Assembly (NCBI GenBank): GCA_951406725.2
Contig: OX597816.1
Location: 163,246,001-163,310,000, forward strand
Direction of reading: 5' to 3'
DNA from: Octopus vulgaris
Lineage: Eukaryota
DNA: 64,000 nt
Under the pieces are notes generated by a model that was given only the letters and a program-made list of their open reading frames with translations, did not search any database and was not told the DNA's origin. This document shows positions 14,155 through 27,598 of this stretch, one piece after another (positions within the stretch are counted from its first letter, which is position 1; each line of letters begins with the position of its first letter). The translations under genes and the position numbers were made by a program.

Positions 14155-14388
14155 TTTATTTCTTTATTGCCCACAAGGGATTAAACATAGAGGGGAAAAC
14201 AAGGACAGACAAAGGGATTAAGTCGATCATATCGACCCCAGAGTGTAACTAGTGTTTAATTTATCGATCCTAAAAGGATGAAAGGCAAAGTCGACCTCGG
14301 CGGAATTTGAACTCGGAACGTAACAGCAGACGAAATACGGCTACGCATTTCGCCCGGCGTGCTAACGTTTCTGCCAGCTCGCCGCCTT
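14155..14388 (-). mobile_element. SINE type C (tRNA-like head, Meta-like central domain)
   Basis: Reverse complement of ggcggcgagctggcagaaacgttagc...gcctttcatcctt..gg.tcgataaattaa. Other copies at 19215, 23842, 58064 and 62958. Confidence 0.88.
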
Positions 14389-14654
14389 AACATACATACA
14401 TACATTACAGCACGGATATCGATGTTCGTCACAGACAAGTAAAAGTCTGTGGTGTCAAAGAAATTAGCCTGAAGACGTGTTGTTTCTTCTCCGTGTCTCT
14501 TCTATCCCCAGTTACAATGAATTCTGCTTTTTATTCTTTCCACTCAAATCTACATTACACAACCGTCTGTATTCTTTCTCATTTCACCCAGTTCGTCTTT
14601 CCTCTCACCTCTCCTATGCCTTCATCTTGCATCGTTCATCGTTTTTCTCTTACC

Positions 14655-15113
14655 ATTTGCTTGTTTCACTCACAAGATTACTGCCATACTGGGGCAACAC
14701 CTGAAAGTTTGTCTATTCAGTCGAACAAATTGACTCTAGTATTTACTTTATCTCTGGCACCTATTCTATCAGTCTCTATTTCAAACCGCTAAGTTACGGT
14801 GACGTAAACAAACGAGCACCGGTTGTTTACAACAAAGACACACAAACACGCACACACACACCCACACAAACACGCACGCACACACCCACACAAACACGCA
14901 CGCACACACCCACACGCACACACGCACACACGCACACACTCACACACATGAATACGATGGGTTTCCATGAAGTTTCCGTCTACGAAATTCTCTCACAAAT
15001 TATTGGTCGGCTCGAGGTTATAGTAAAAGACACTTACCTAAGTTGCCGCGCAGTAGGACTGAGCCCAACTTTACGTGGTTACAAAGCGAACTTCTTAACC
15101 CCACAGCCATGCC
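14655..15113 (-). mobile_element. Older SINE type B copy
   Basis: Diverged match to type B, with an internal (CA) tract. Confidence 0.75.
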
Positions 15114-16240
15114 TAATATTCCTCTCCAGGGCTGCAAAACCTGCTTGCAATATTGCAGCGGACATCTACCACTTGGTGTTCATCAGACCATCCGCCATTT
15201 CAAAGTTATCAATCTAGGTGAGCCTCCAACACCTATACGCCATTTACTTTCCTTCTCATAGTCAATAAAAAAATAATAAATTGAAATATTGGCATATTGA
15301 TTTCTTAGATCAATGAAAAGTCATGTGTTATTTGGGGTTTACATATATATAGTCAACAAAATCGATACTAGTACCAGCTGCTCTAAATTTATGAACTCAG
15401 AAGGATGTAAATCCTTTTCAAAAAGAAATTTTCGTGTCAGACACATGTATAAAGATACACAGAAAGCGACCTCCCTACCTCTCACCACATATGTGCGGAA
15501 TTTAAAGGTAGATATTAACTATTACGAAATTGATTGATACGTGTTCCCCTGCATTAAATGTACTATAAGCTGTAATCTTTGTATCGTGGAAAAATATACA
15601 TCAACAGTTTTTCATAAATTTGGACACAGGATTGAAATTGGGAAATTCTAAAAGAAACACTTCCATAGATATTTATTGAAAATTCCCAAAGCCTAATAGT
15701 TAAACTAGCTTATATCATAATACATTTATATTTATCATAATATATTTATATCATAATATATTTATGTCATAATATATTTATATGTATCATGTTCCGAAAT
15801 ATGGTCACATATTGCAATAATATTTAGATACGCATCTGAAAATAAACGAATACAGCTGCCTACTGAGATTATATGAGTTTTATAAATCTGTAGCTTAATC
15901 CTAAATATATGTCATAATCTGTGACACATTGTTTCTTGTATATTAGATTTTAACAACCAATTAGATTTAGATGACTAATCATATTTCAAGACGTTTACAA
16001 AACTATTAGCTCTGTATACTGGCACGCTACTTCCCTCCTCTAATCGTATGGATAATGGACAAGGTGAAACTCAGAGTATCGATTCATGAAATTTCAGTTT
16101 CTAAGAAAACTTACTAAATCCGTTTCATTCATTGAGTACATTTATATATATATACGTATATATATATATGAAAATAGTAATGCAATACGAGAGTATTGCT
16201 TTCCAGTAAAGAATAGCCCGTGAGGGAAAATTATACATAG

Positions 16241-16341
16241 AAGTAAATATATGGCACAACTAAGTACCGATATTTACTGGAAAATAGCGAACGTTCGCTA
16301 TTTTCCTGTAGATATCGGTGCTTCGTTGTGCCATTTATTTA

Positions 16342-16344
<3 letters not shown>
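16241..16344. repeat. 104-bp spacerless palindrome
   Basis: 52-nt arms centred on AAC|GTT at 16292/16293, with few mismatches. Confidence 0.92.
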
Positions 16345-16387
<43 letters not shown>

Positions 16388-16588
16388 AGTGAACACACAC
16401 ACACACATACACACACATAAACACACACATATATGCATGTATGTTTGTGTGCATATGAGTATGTATGTACTGTGTATGTACAAATATATATGTGTGTGGA
16501 TATGTATATATATATATAAATATGTAAATATATAGACGCATGAAAATATACATGTAACTATATGCACACATATATAAATATATGAATA

Positions 16589-16634
<46 letters not shown>

Positions 16635-16840
16635 AGTGAACACACACACACACATACACACACATAAACACACACATATATGCATGTATGTTTGTGTGCA
16701 TATGAGTATGTATGTACTGTGTATGTACAAATATATATGTGTGTGGATATGTATATATATATATATATATGTAAATATATAGACGCATGAAAATATACAT
16801 GTAACTATATGCACACATATATAAATATAGGAATATCTAT
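16345..16840. repeat. Tandem duplication of a ~247-bp compound TA/CA unit
   Basis: gtgagtgaacac...aatatctat occurs twice. The duplicated ORFs start at 16571 and 16818. Confidence 0.9.
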
Positions 16841-17395
16841 TTGCGTACATTTAAAGATATGCAAATATGTGTAAATAAATACGTGCGTGAGTGTGTCCGT
16901 ACACACATTTATGTATGTGTGTATGTATGCATGTGTGTGTATGTATATATGTATGTATGTATGTATGTGTGTATGCATGTATGTATGTATGTATGTATGT
17001 ATGTATGTATGTATGTATGTATGTATGTATGTATGTATGTATTTGCCTGTCTGAGCATGTACATACTTACTCGAGTACATGTATATATGTGTATATACGT
17101 CTATTTATATAAGTGTGTATTTACATATCTCTACGTTCAAGTGTCTATGAATTATATATGCTTTCTTTAACATCCATTTTATTCATTCACCAACTCATTC
17201 ATCTTTCATTCATCGTTCATTCATCCTTCATTCTCTCAGTCATTCATTTTATTCTCATATTATTCCACCCCATTTCTAACTTCCTGTTTCCCCCTACGCC
17301 ATGCCATTTTTCTTTTAATTTTTTTTTTTTGTTTGCTTTCCTCCATTTTTGTTCTTAGATTTACTATCGTTATTCGTAAAGCTGTCGTTTTTATT

Positions 17396-17436
<41 letters not shown>

Positions 17437-17639
17437 TGTAGTAGTAGTAGTAGTTGTTGTTGTTGTTGTTGTTGTAATTCGGCAATCAAGCTTCATGGAA
17501 GAAGAATTCTTGATTCAAAACGGCATCTATTGAAAGACTTTTTAGAATTCACAAAAATCGTTGGTTCGGAACTTCATATTAAATCCACTCCGCTATTAAA
17601 ATTACAACAAATAATATAACAGCAAAAACGACCACTATC

Positions 17640-18850
17640 ATAGCCACCGCCACCGCCGCCGCCGCCTCCACCACCATAACCACTGCCACCACCACCACCA
17701 CTACCACAACCATCACTACCACCACCATCAATCACCACCATCATCACCGCCATCACCACCACCTCCACCATCATTACCATTACCACCATCACCACCACCA
17801 TCACCACCACCACCATAGCCACCGCCACCGTCGCCGCCGCCTCCACCACCATAACCACTGCCGCCACCACCACCACTACCACAACCATCACTACCACCAC
17901 CATCAATCACCACCATCGTCACCACCATCACCACCATTACCACCACCTCCACCATCATTACCATTACCACCATCACCACAACCACCACCACCACCACCAT
18001 AGCCACCGCCACCGTCGCCGCCGCCTCCGCCACCGTAACCACTGCCGCCACCACCACCACTACCACAACCATCACTACCACCACCATCAATCACCACCAT
18101 CATCACCACCATTACCACCACCTCCACCATCATTACCATTACCACCATCACCACAACCACCACCACCACCACCATAGCCACCGCCACCGCCGCCGCCGCC
18201 TCCACCACCATAACCACTGCCACCACCACCACCACTACCACAACCATCACTACCACCACCATCAATCACCACCATCATCACCGCCATCACCACCACCTCC
18301 ACCATCATTACCATTACCACCATCACCACCACCATCACCACCACCACCATAGCCACCGCCACCGTCGCCGCCGCCTCCACCACCATAACCACTGCCGCCA
18401 CCACCACCACTACCACAACCATCACTACCACCACCATCAATCACCACCATCGTCACCACCATCACCACCATTACCACCACCTCCACCATCATTACCATTA
18501 CCACCATCACCACAACCACCACCACCACCACCATAGCCACCGCCACCGTCGCCGCCGCCTCCGCCACCGTAACCACTGCCGCCACCACCACCACTACCAC
18601 AACCATCACTACCACCACCATCAATCACCACCATCATCACCACCATTACCACCACCTCCACCATCATTACCATTACCACCATCACCACCACCACCACCAT
18701 AGCCACCGCCACCGCCGCCGCCGCCTCCGCCACCATAACCACTGCCGCCACCACCACCACTACCACAACCATCACTACCACCACCATCATCACCATCAAT
18801 CACCACCATTACCACTTCCTCCACCATCATTACCATTACCACCATCACTA
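17640..18850. repeat. ACC-rich minisatellite, 175/184-bp monomers with a 534-bp higher-order repeat
   Basis: Monomer spacing is 184,175,175,184,175. Diagnostic variants recur every third monomer. Confidence 0.88.
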
Positions 18851-19028
18851 CCACCACCATCACCACCACCATCACCACCACCACCAACAACAACAACAAC
18901 GACGACGACGATGACAACAATGACAATAACGAGAATGGCAACAACAACAACAACAACAGCAACAGCATTAATATTAGTAACAACTACAAGAAGGAGGAAG
19001 AGGAGGAGGAAGAAGAAGAAGAAGAAGA

Positions 19029-19090
<62 letters not shown>

Positions 19091-19450
19091 AAGAAGAAGA
19101 AGAAGAAGAAGAAGAAGAAGAAGAAGAAGAAGAAGAAGAAGAATAATCGTTTCTACTCTAGGCACAAGGCTGAAATTTTGGGGGAGGGGAATTTGACCTC
19201 TTGAAATCAGAGCATAAAGAGTTCAAATTTCGCCGAGATTCACCTTGCTTTCCATCATTTCAGGGTCGATAAAATAAGTAACATTTGAGCAGTGAGGTCC
19301 ATGTGATCGGCTAACAGAGTGGTTCGCAGTCGGGGTCCACATGGCCTCTGAGGGTCCATGTAGGATTTTAGGGGGTCCACGCAACAAAATAATAAACTAG
19401 GGATCCACAATAGTATTCTAAGTGCCTCTGAAGAAATTTGTTATATATAG

Positions 19451-19772
19451 TGAAGGCGCGTGGCTTAGTGGTTAGGGCATTCGGCTCATGGTCATTAGGT
19501 CGTGAGTTCAATTCCTGGAGACGAATTGTGTTCTTGAGCAAGACACTTTACTTCATGTTGCTCCAGTCCACTCAGCTAGCAAAAATGAGTTGTACCTGTA
19601 TTTCAAAGGGCCAGCCTTGTCACACTATGTGTCACGCCGAATCACCCTGAGAACTACGTTAGGGGTACACATGTCTGTGGAGTGCTTAACCACTTGCACG
19701 TTAATTTCACTAGCAGGCTGTTCTGTTCATCAGATCAGCCGGGACCCTCGTTGTCGTAAGCGACGGAGTACC
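19451..19772 (+). mobile_element. SINE type D (tRNA-like head; tail shared with type A)
   Basis: gaaggcgcgtggcttagtggttaggg...gagttcaattcc head, then tail tgtacctgtatttcaaaggg...cgtaagcgacggagt. Confidence 0.85.
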
Positions 19773-19887
19773 TGGTATGTTTTGCAACAAACTGCTAGGC
19801 TTCTTTCTCTAACATTTTACATAATTCAATCTACAAAAGTTAATATGTGGAAAACAAAATAGGAATTTCGAAAGATGTTTCCGTAAA

Positions 19888-20183
19888 TCTTTATATATAA
19901 AAGTGAAGTTGTGTGTCTGTCTCCTACGATTTAGATTCCTAACTACTCCCACATTTTGCGGTGCAGTTTAACCAAAAGCGGGTATCTTATAGTCGTGATT
20001 CATATCGAGCCCTTCTGGGTATTAGCGCGCGTCTACGATAAGTCTACGATTTTTAAAAAATTTACCATTATTTTTTTTCCATTTTTAATGCATTTTTTTG
20101 CTATGTTTTGGCTATAACTCTCTAAAAATGCTTATATAGTTATTTCCCTTACAAACCCGAGGAACGCCGGGCGATACTGCTAG
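19888..20183 (+). mobile_element. Non-autonomous Helitron
   Basis: 5' TCTTTATATATAAAA, 3' hairpin cccg...cggg then CTAG. Inserted between A and T with no TSD. Confidence 0.9.
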
Positions 20184-21176
20184 TTAGTTTATAAACATTG
20201 AATGGTTATGGTGTTCACCATAATAAAATAGTAGTTAAAGGGGTCCGTAGATAAAAAACTTCCACTCTCTTTCTTCCTGTTTCTCTTGTACCTGTATTTC
20301 AAAGGGGCAGTTTTGTCATATACCGTGCACGCTGAATCTCCCCGTGAACTACGTTAAGGGTACATAGATGCATGTATTGCAAGAAACAGGTTTCTTTCTC
20401 AAGCGTTTTACATAGTTCAATCTACACAAGCTAATGTGTGAATAACACGATAGGGATTATGAAAGAATTATTTAAGGCTTTAAATATCGAATGGCTATAG
20501 GGGTGGGGTCCACCAGAATAAAATAGCAATCGAAGGGGTCCGTGGGTAAAAAAAAATGTTTCAGAACCCCTGGGTTAACACCTTCCTCTGAAAATTGCTG
20601 CCTTTGCAACAAAATTTGGACAAAGAAGAAGAAGAAGAAGGAGGAGGAGGAGGAGGAGGAGGAGGAGGAAGAGGAGGAGGAGGAGGAGGAGGAGGAGGAG
20701 GAGGAGAGGAGGAGGAGGAGAGGAGCAGGAAGAGGAGCTTCTTTATTAACCACAATGTCGACGAATAATCTATTCGAGGTACAGGACGATATACTGTGGG
20801 TTTACGTAAAAGCATGTAAAAATTTTAAAAAAGGAAAACAAAAATAATTCACAGATATTATTTTCAGGATTCTGTTATATTCCCTTCATGCTCTTTGCTC
20901 TCTTCTCTCTTTACGTGTTTAATTAATGTAGTCTCAGTTGCTGCTACCGTTGTTGTCATTTCTATAATCAATGTTTGATATTTATATTTGATAGCATTCC
21001 TTTCATCTTCTCCACCATTCCGCTTCTTCTCTCTTTTGTTCATATATCCTCACTTACAGCAATACGCTATTATCTGACTTCACGTAATATAATGATTGAT
21101 TCGTGTCTCTCATTTTTTTCCTCTTAGAGTATTCATTCTATTTGTTTATGTATTGTTTGGGTGTATACGACGGGGG

Positions 21177-21554
21177 TGGAGTTGCAATGGCCCAGTGGTT
21201 AGGGAAGCGGATTTGCAGTCGTTGGATCGCGGTTTCGATTCCCAGACATGGCGTTGTCAGTGTTTACTGAGCGAAAACACTTAAAGCTCCACGAGGCTCC
21301 GGCACGGTGGTGGCGAACCCTGCTGTACTCTTTCACCACAACTTCTTCCCACTCTTTCTGTTCTACTTGTATTTCAAAGGGTCAGCCTTGTCATACACCG
21401 TGTCACACTGAATGAATTTCCACGAGAAATACGTTAAGGGTACACATGTCTGTGGAGTGCTCAGCCATTTAGGCAAATACGTTAATTTCACGAACAGGCT
21501 GTTCCGTTGATCGGATTAACTGGAAAATTCGTCGTCGGAACCGACGGAGTGCCA
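21177..21554 (+). mobile_element. SINE type A
   Basis: Diverged full-length match to the 4652 copy. Confidence 0.88.
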
Positions 21555-21559
21555 CGATT

Positions 21560-21776
21560 CGAGAGGGTGCTGAAAAGTTCCTGGCGTCGGTTAAGAGAAA
21601 ATACAAGAGGATCGGTTAATTATGACTTTACTCAACATATTCCCCTCTCAAATTCACACACTTATTGCAATGATCCTTCAGTTTTTCTAAGCCCTGTAAA
21701 AGAATTTGGATGGTTGGGCCCCCAACCACACCTTTCGCGACACCCTTAAAGCCAGGAACTTTTCAGCACCTTGTCG
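21560..21776. mobile_element. Mariner-like MITE
   Basis: TIRs cgagagggtgctgaaaagttcctggc / gccaggaacttttcagcaccttgtcg. Confidence 0.85.
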
Positions 21777-21858
21777 TTTACTTAAAAAATAAAGAATGAA
21801 TGGATATATTTCGGGCCTTGTACCTAGAGTAGAAAAGATTATTCTCTCTTTCTCTTCC

Positions 21859-21931
<73 letters not shown>

Positions 21932-21974
21932 ACATGTGTGTACGTATACTCATACATATACGTGTATATATATA

Positions 21975-22077
21975 TTTGCCGATGAGACGGGCCAGTGGTA
22001 AATTGATTTAATTAAGTTTAATTTAATTTAATTAAGCTGGTTTGCTAAAAAGTACGTCGAAACTATGATAGTCCAAA
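21975..22077 (+). ncRNA. Type I hammerhead motif, U4C core variant
   Basis: tttg-CCGAUGA-GACG...CGUC-GAAAC-uaugaua-GUC-caaa. All three stems pair, and (TA)n follows about 130 nt downstream. Confidence 0.75.
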
Positions 22078-22202
22078 GATGATAAGGGTAAATGTTTTTA
22101 ACTTTCCTTTGATTTCTGAATTACTACTACTTAGCGGTTTGAGTTTGGCTGCTCGTTTTAGTGAGTTGAATGGCCTATCAAGGCCATTCCTTAATATTAC
22201 TG

Positions 22203-22266
<64 letters not shown>

Positions 22267-22877
22267 GAAAAGAGTGAAAAAACTACAGAAGGCTTGTTTT
22301 ATAAGGTAGTAGTTTTTTCACTTTTTCTATTTTTTATACATCCAACCGCGTGCTTTCACACACCAACTTTCTCACCTATATATATATAATATGCATGTAT
22401 GTGTATATATATGTGTGTGTGTGTGTTTACGTTCATGTATGTATGTATATATGTGTGTGAGCGTGTGTATTCATTTTTTCCCCAATCACTCATACTTTGG
22501 TTAAAGACTTTCCCAATTCTCTCTTTTCCATTCACTTTTTCTATTTTTTCTTTCTTTTCTATATTCCACGTAAACTTGTCCATTTGCTTACCGCTATTTC
22601 TTCTCTCATTCATTCCGATTGCATCTCAATTCCATAGCATTCGGATTAATATCTCACAATTTCCTCCTATTACATTCTCAACGTCAGTCTCCATCGCATC
22701 TTATTCGCAAGATCTACGACGTAAATACCAGTCATATACTGTGTCACCTCAAATGAAGTATATTTCTTTGTAACAGATATATGACTGCTGTAATACTGAA
22801 AGTGAAGGCTTTTTTAACATCACATTACATGGTCCTTTATGTTAGTGTGGCAAAGATCATTCTGTTGTAAATGCATG

Positions 22878-23580
22878 TGAAGGCGTGTGACTTAATGGTT
22901 AGCGTATTCGGCTCAAGATCGTTAGGCCGTGAGTTCGATAACCAGCGGCGCATTGTACCCTTGAGCAAGACACTTTATTCCATGTTACTTCAGTCCACTC
23001 AGCAGGCAAAAATGAGTTGTACCTGTTATTCAAAAGATCAGCCTTGTCACATTATGTGTCAAAGTACATTAGTGGAGGCACAATGGCCCAGTGGTTAGGG
23101 CAGCGGACTCGCGGTCATAGGATCGCGGTTTCGATTCCAAGACCGGGCGTTGTGAGTGTTTATTGAGCGAAAACACCTAAAAGTTCCACGATGCTCCGGC
23201 AGGGGATGGTGGTGATCCCTGCTGTACTCTTTCACCACAACTTTCTCTCACTCTTACTCCCTGTTTCTGTTGTACCTGTATTTCAAAGGGCCGACCTTGT
23301 CACTCTCTGTGTCATGCTGAATATCCCCGAAAACTACGTTAAGGGTACACGTGTCTGTGGAGTGCTCAGCCACTTACACGTTAATTTCACGAGCAGGCTG
23401 TTCCGTTTATTCGGATCAACCGGAACCCTCGTCGTCGTAACCGACGGAGTGCTTCCCAAAGTACATTAAGGGTACTGATGTTTGTGGAATGTTCAGCCAC
23501 TTGCACACTAACCCCAGGCGAAGGATCCGCCGAAAATAGGATGAGCTGGAATACTCGTTGTCGTAAGCGACGGAGTGTCA
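22878..23580 (+). mobile_element. SINE type D with nested SINE type A (23072-23456)
   Basis: The inner copy is flanked by the 12-bp TSD caaagtacatta (23060-23071 and 23457-23468). Confidence 0.88.
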
Positions 23581-23841
23581 GTTTATTTATTCATTATTTA
23601 TGTATTTAATTATTTAAATTTTGTAAACGTCGTTTCGAACGTTGGGCCTCATGGAGGCAAAGTGGCTGAGTTCCCTTTGAGCGTTGGGCCTCACGGAGGC
23701 AATGATTGAGGCATTTGGCATTATGTCGTGCTTGAGAAGACCATCAAGCCGAGCAAAATCGCAGTTGTGGCAGATACCGGTGTCATGGCCGCAGTTCAGC
23801 AAGGAGGGGTTGTGTGTACATATATATATATATATCTATTA

Positions 23842-24075
23842 CGGCGGCGAGCTGGCAGAAACGTTAGCACGTCGGACGAAATGCGTAGCCGTATTTCGTC
23901 TGCCGTTTCGTTCTGAGTTCAAATTCCGCCCAGGTTGACTTTGCCTTTCATCCTTTCGGGGGTCGATAGATTAAGTACCAGTTACGCACTGGGAGTCGAT
24001 GTAATCGACTTAATCCGTTTGTCTGTCCTTGTCTGTCCCCTCTGTGTTTAGCCCCTTGTGGGTAGTAATGAAATA
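23842..24075 (+). mobile_element. SINE type C
   Basis: Full-length family match. Confidence 0.9.
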
Positions 24076-24094
24076 TATATATATATATTACGTT

Positions 24095-24156
<62 letters not shown>

Positions 24157-24447
24157 CTTCAGAGATTGCATAGCTCTCACAAGTAAATATCGTGATTTAT
24201 ATCGGATTTATTCAATGTTACGGTTTTAACGACCACAGGTTTCATCGAGAAACTGAAATAACTGGGTTAAAACATATGAAATCTTAAATATAGCGGTATC
24301 AACAACAGCTGTGGCTTCTACACAGCCCAGGACTATAGTACAAGATACTTCCGTAAGGTGTCGTGCAGTGAGATTGAACCTATAACCAGGAAATTGCGAA
24401 TCGAAATTCTTTAACTGCATATTTTGGCCTACAACGTCTTATATTTA

Positions 24448-25005
24448 TTGGGTTGTCCGGAAAGTTCGTGCCGATATTTAAAGGAAAGAAACAGGTCAAT
24501 AAATACTTGCCATTACATTTTAATCTACCAACCATTTTGTTGCACAGTGCGTCTCCATCTTTCCTTTAACTTGAAAATACCCTCTTCACAGAATGGAGGT
24601 GGTTTCATGACAAAGAATTCATCAAGGTATAATTTTATGTCATCCAAGGAATTGAAATTTCTACCACTACGACTATTCTGCAGAGACCTGAATAAGTGGA
24701 AATCCGAAGGAGCAATATGTGGTTAATATGGAATGTGAGGTAACACATCCCGGCCGAGCTACAGCAATTTTTGTCTGGTTCCCAAAGCATCAAGCACCAA
24801 AAATGAACTTTTTTATCTTCCATTTTAAAGGGTTACAGAATTAACATAGGTTATAGAAACATAAACCTTCTTCCATGAAAAGATAGCTTAAACCGTGCTC
24901 TAAATGGAGGTGTAGTGAAATCCTATTTTATGGACTCAACCATGCTGTAAAATAAATCGAAAGATAAGCTGCTATAAATCGGTACGAACTTTCCACACAA
25001 CCCAA
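24448..25005 (-). mobile_element. Internally deleted mariner transposon
   Basis: TIRs ttgggttgtccggaaagttcgtgccgat / atcggtacgaactttccacacaacccaa with TA flanks. Transposase N-terminus MEDKKVHFWCLMLWE is joined to C-terminus IAPSDFHLFRSLQN...GIFKLKERWRRTVQQNG. Confidence 0.92.
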
Positions 25006-25572
25006 TAGTTTCGCCCCTTGGGCTTGAGTTCAAATTTTACCTATTCCATCTTTTGAAAGCGTGGCGATTTTTCGATTCTTCTCGTCCTTCATATTTAAAT
25101 TTATGTTACTTGTCCCCAAAATCAGGATTTTATATTTCATTTGTTGTCATCGCCAATTTATATTTCCACCATTTTGTCACATTCAAAAATATGCGCAAAA
25201 TATCTTTGGCCTCCTGATTTGATCTCTAACTACTCCCCTTTCTATTTCACTTAATTCCTCTAAGTCTTTCTGATCCTCTCAACCCCGCTCTCTCTTTCTT
25301 CCTTTTCTCTCTCTCTCTCTCTCTCTTTCTTTCTCCTCTTTGTTTTTCCCGCACGCACGCACACACACGCACACACAGTATTCTATTTGTTTATTACTTC
25401 AGTTTCTCTTGTTAATCTTTTTATTTCTCTCTCATTCCCCTTCAGTAGCCCATGCTCTATTTACTTTATTCTCTCCTCTTTCTCTCGCTTTCTCTCTTTC
25501 CGCGCTCCATTATACACACACACATACACATATATATATATACACATATACATTTTTATATGCATGTATATA

Positions 25573-25626
<54 letters not shown>

Positions 25627-27159
25627 CATTTACTTATTTATACGCATATATATATACTTGCCTCTATATTAAAATTTGCATGTGTGTGTGTATGTGTTTC
25701 TGTGTATGTGTATATGTGTGTGTATGTACTTGCATATATATTAAAAAATTCTTCTGCTTCATTGAATGGCCTAAAAGTCCTTGATCAAAGCTTGAATATA
25801 TCGTGCAACGATATCGGCAGAAACAACAACATCAACTACAACAACAGCAACAACAACAACAACAACACGAACAAGACCAATAACAACAACACTAATATGA
25901 TCACCACTGGTGTGATACGCGCCATAAAGCCCTCAAGGAATGGTACGAGCTGCCTAACATTGACTCATGCTTCACCAAATTTCTAATTTATTTTTCACTA
26001 ATTCCTTCATCTCTCTTTCTCCATTTTGTCTCCTTCGCCCATTTTATTTTATTTTACCATATTTATTTACTTCTTTTTCAATTTATTTATTCAAATATTT
26101 TCGCTGGAAGAATGAAAGCCACAGTACAATTGCATAAATCTACTGTAACTAGTTATTAAGTTACTATGAAAAATTTATAAAACTGACATAAAAAAACATA
26201 GATAAACAAATACTGATATTTAAAAAATGCTTATTAAGCTATTGTTTAATTATCATTAAGCTACGTTTAAACTTATTTAAGCTAGTGTTAAACTGTTATG
26301 AAATTACTGCAAAAAGAATAAGAACAGAATAAGATAGGTATTGTACAACATTAATATAAAATAATTAAAAACTACAATAAAAATTTTATTGTAAAGCTAC
26401 TGCAATATAATGTTGAACTTTTCTAGAATATTTTTATACTGTAATAAAATTATTAAACTATATAATGTAAAGATTACTACAGAAACTTACTATAAAAGGC
26501 ACACAAACTTCTCTAAATGTGTTCATAATTTATAGCAAAAATTATTGATGTACCGTTAAAAAATATCTGGTAGACAACCGTCGTTTCATGATGGTTAATC
26601 GGTTGTTTGTAGCAAACGATTGAATAAGAGTAAATATATAAAGCGGGTTCACAATAATCAAAGATGTGTATTATGACATTAAATACACCAAAGGAAGAAA
26701 CAGAAAAGAACGTAATCTTTCGGGAGACACCTCTTTTCAGAGAGAACAAAAAGAATTGAGAGAGACACATATAAAGTTTCGGTCTGTCCAATTTCTCTAA
26801 TTCCGACGTGAATATAAAATGGCAAAAGCCCAAAATGCCTCATGGTGGTATTCATCCCGAGATCTCGTAGATGCGAGGCGAACTTTTTTATCCACCCTAC
26901 CATAGAGAGCTTAGCGAATAGGTAAATATATGCACAAACATATATACACATGCAAAACTACATGGACAAAGGAATTTAATGGAAAACGAAACAAAAAGAA
27001 AAAGAAAAATCACAGACGGCCGCGCATAACTCTGAACCCATCATCTGTTGCCAACTGGAATTATGATTTTTTTGACACCTAATACAAATCTCAATTAACA
27101 GCTGATGATCGGGTCTCACTCATGCAGGTCCATCTTCCCAATAAATATTCTTGTCCATC

Positions 27160-27380
27160 TTATTTGTTTTAGTCATTAGACAACGGCCATGCTAAGGCAC
27201 CGCCTTGAAGAATTTTTAATCGAATGAATCGACTTTAGTATTTATTTTTCTTAAAGTCTATTATTTATTCTATCGGTGTCTATTGCCGAACTGCTATGTT
27301 ACGTTACGGGGCCTGAAGACACCAACAGCGATTGTCAAACGGTGACGGGAGACACCCACAGACACAAAGACACACATACA

Positions 27381-27424
<44 letters not shown>

Positions 27425-27598
27425 TACATTCTTGCGACGTGTTTCTCTCAAATTCCGTTTACCATATCCATTCACAACGTTTTGTTCAGCCTGGGACTAT
27501 AATAGAAGACAGACACCCAAGGTACCTCGTAGTGGAACTGAACCAGGAACCATGTGGTTGGGAAGCCAATTTCATACCACACAGCCATGCTTGCGCCT
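27160..27598 (-). mobile_element. Older SINE type B
   Basis: Diverged family match. Confidence 0.75.

Larger units (their letters stand above)
19317..20572. mobile_element. hAT-like MITE carrying nested insertions
   Basis: Ends gagtggttcgcag / tcagaacccctg, subterminal ggggtcc repeats, and an 8-bp TSD ggctaaca/ggttaaca (7/8). It sits inside an old type C SINE. Confidence 0.7.

Noticed and set aside
17574-18983. Gly-rich repeat protein or CRISPR-like array
   Set aside because: Every monomer shifts frame, there are no unique spacers or cas genes, and the context is eukaryotic.
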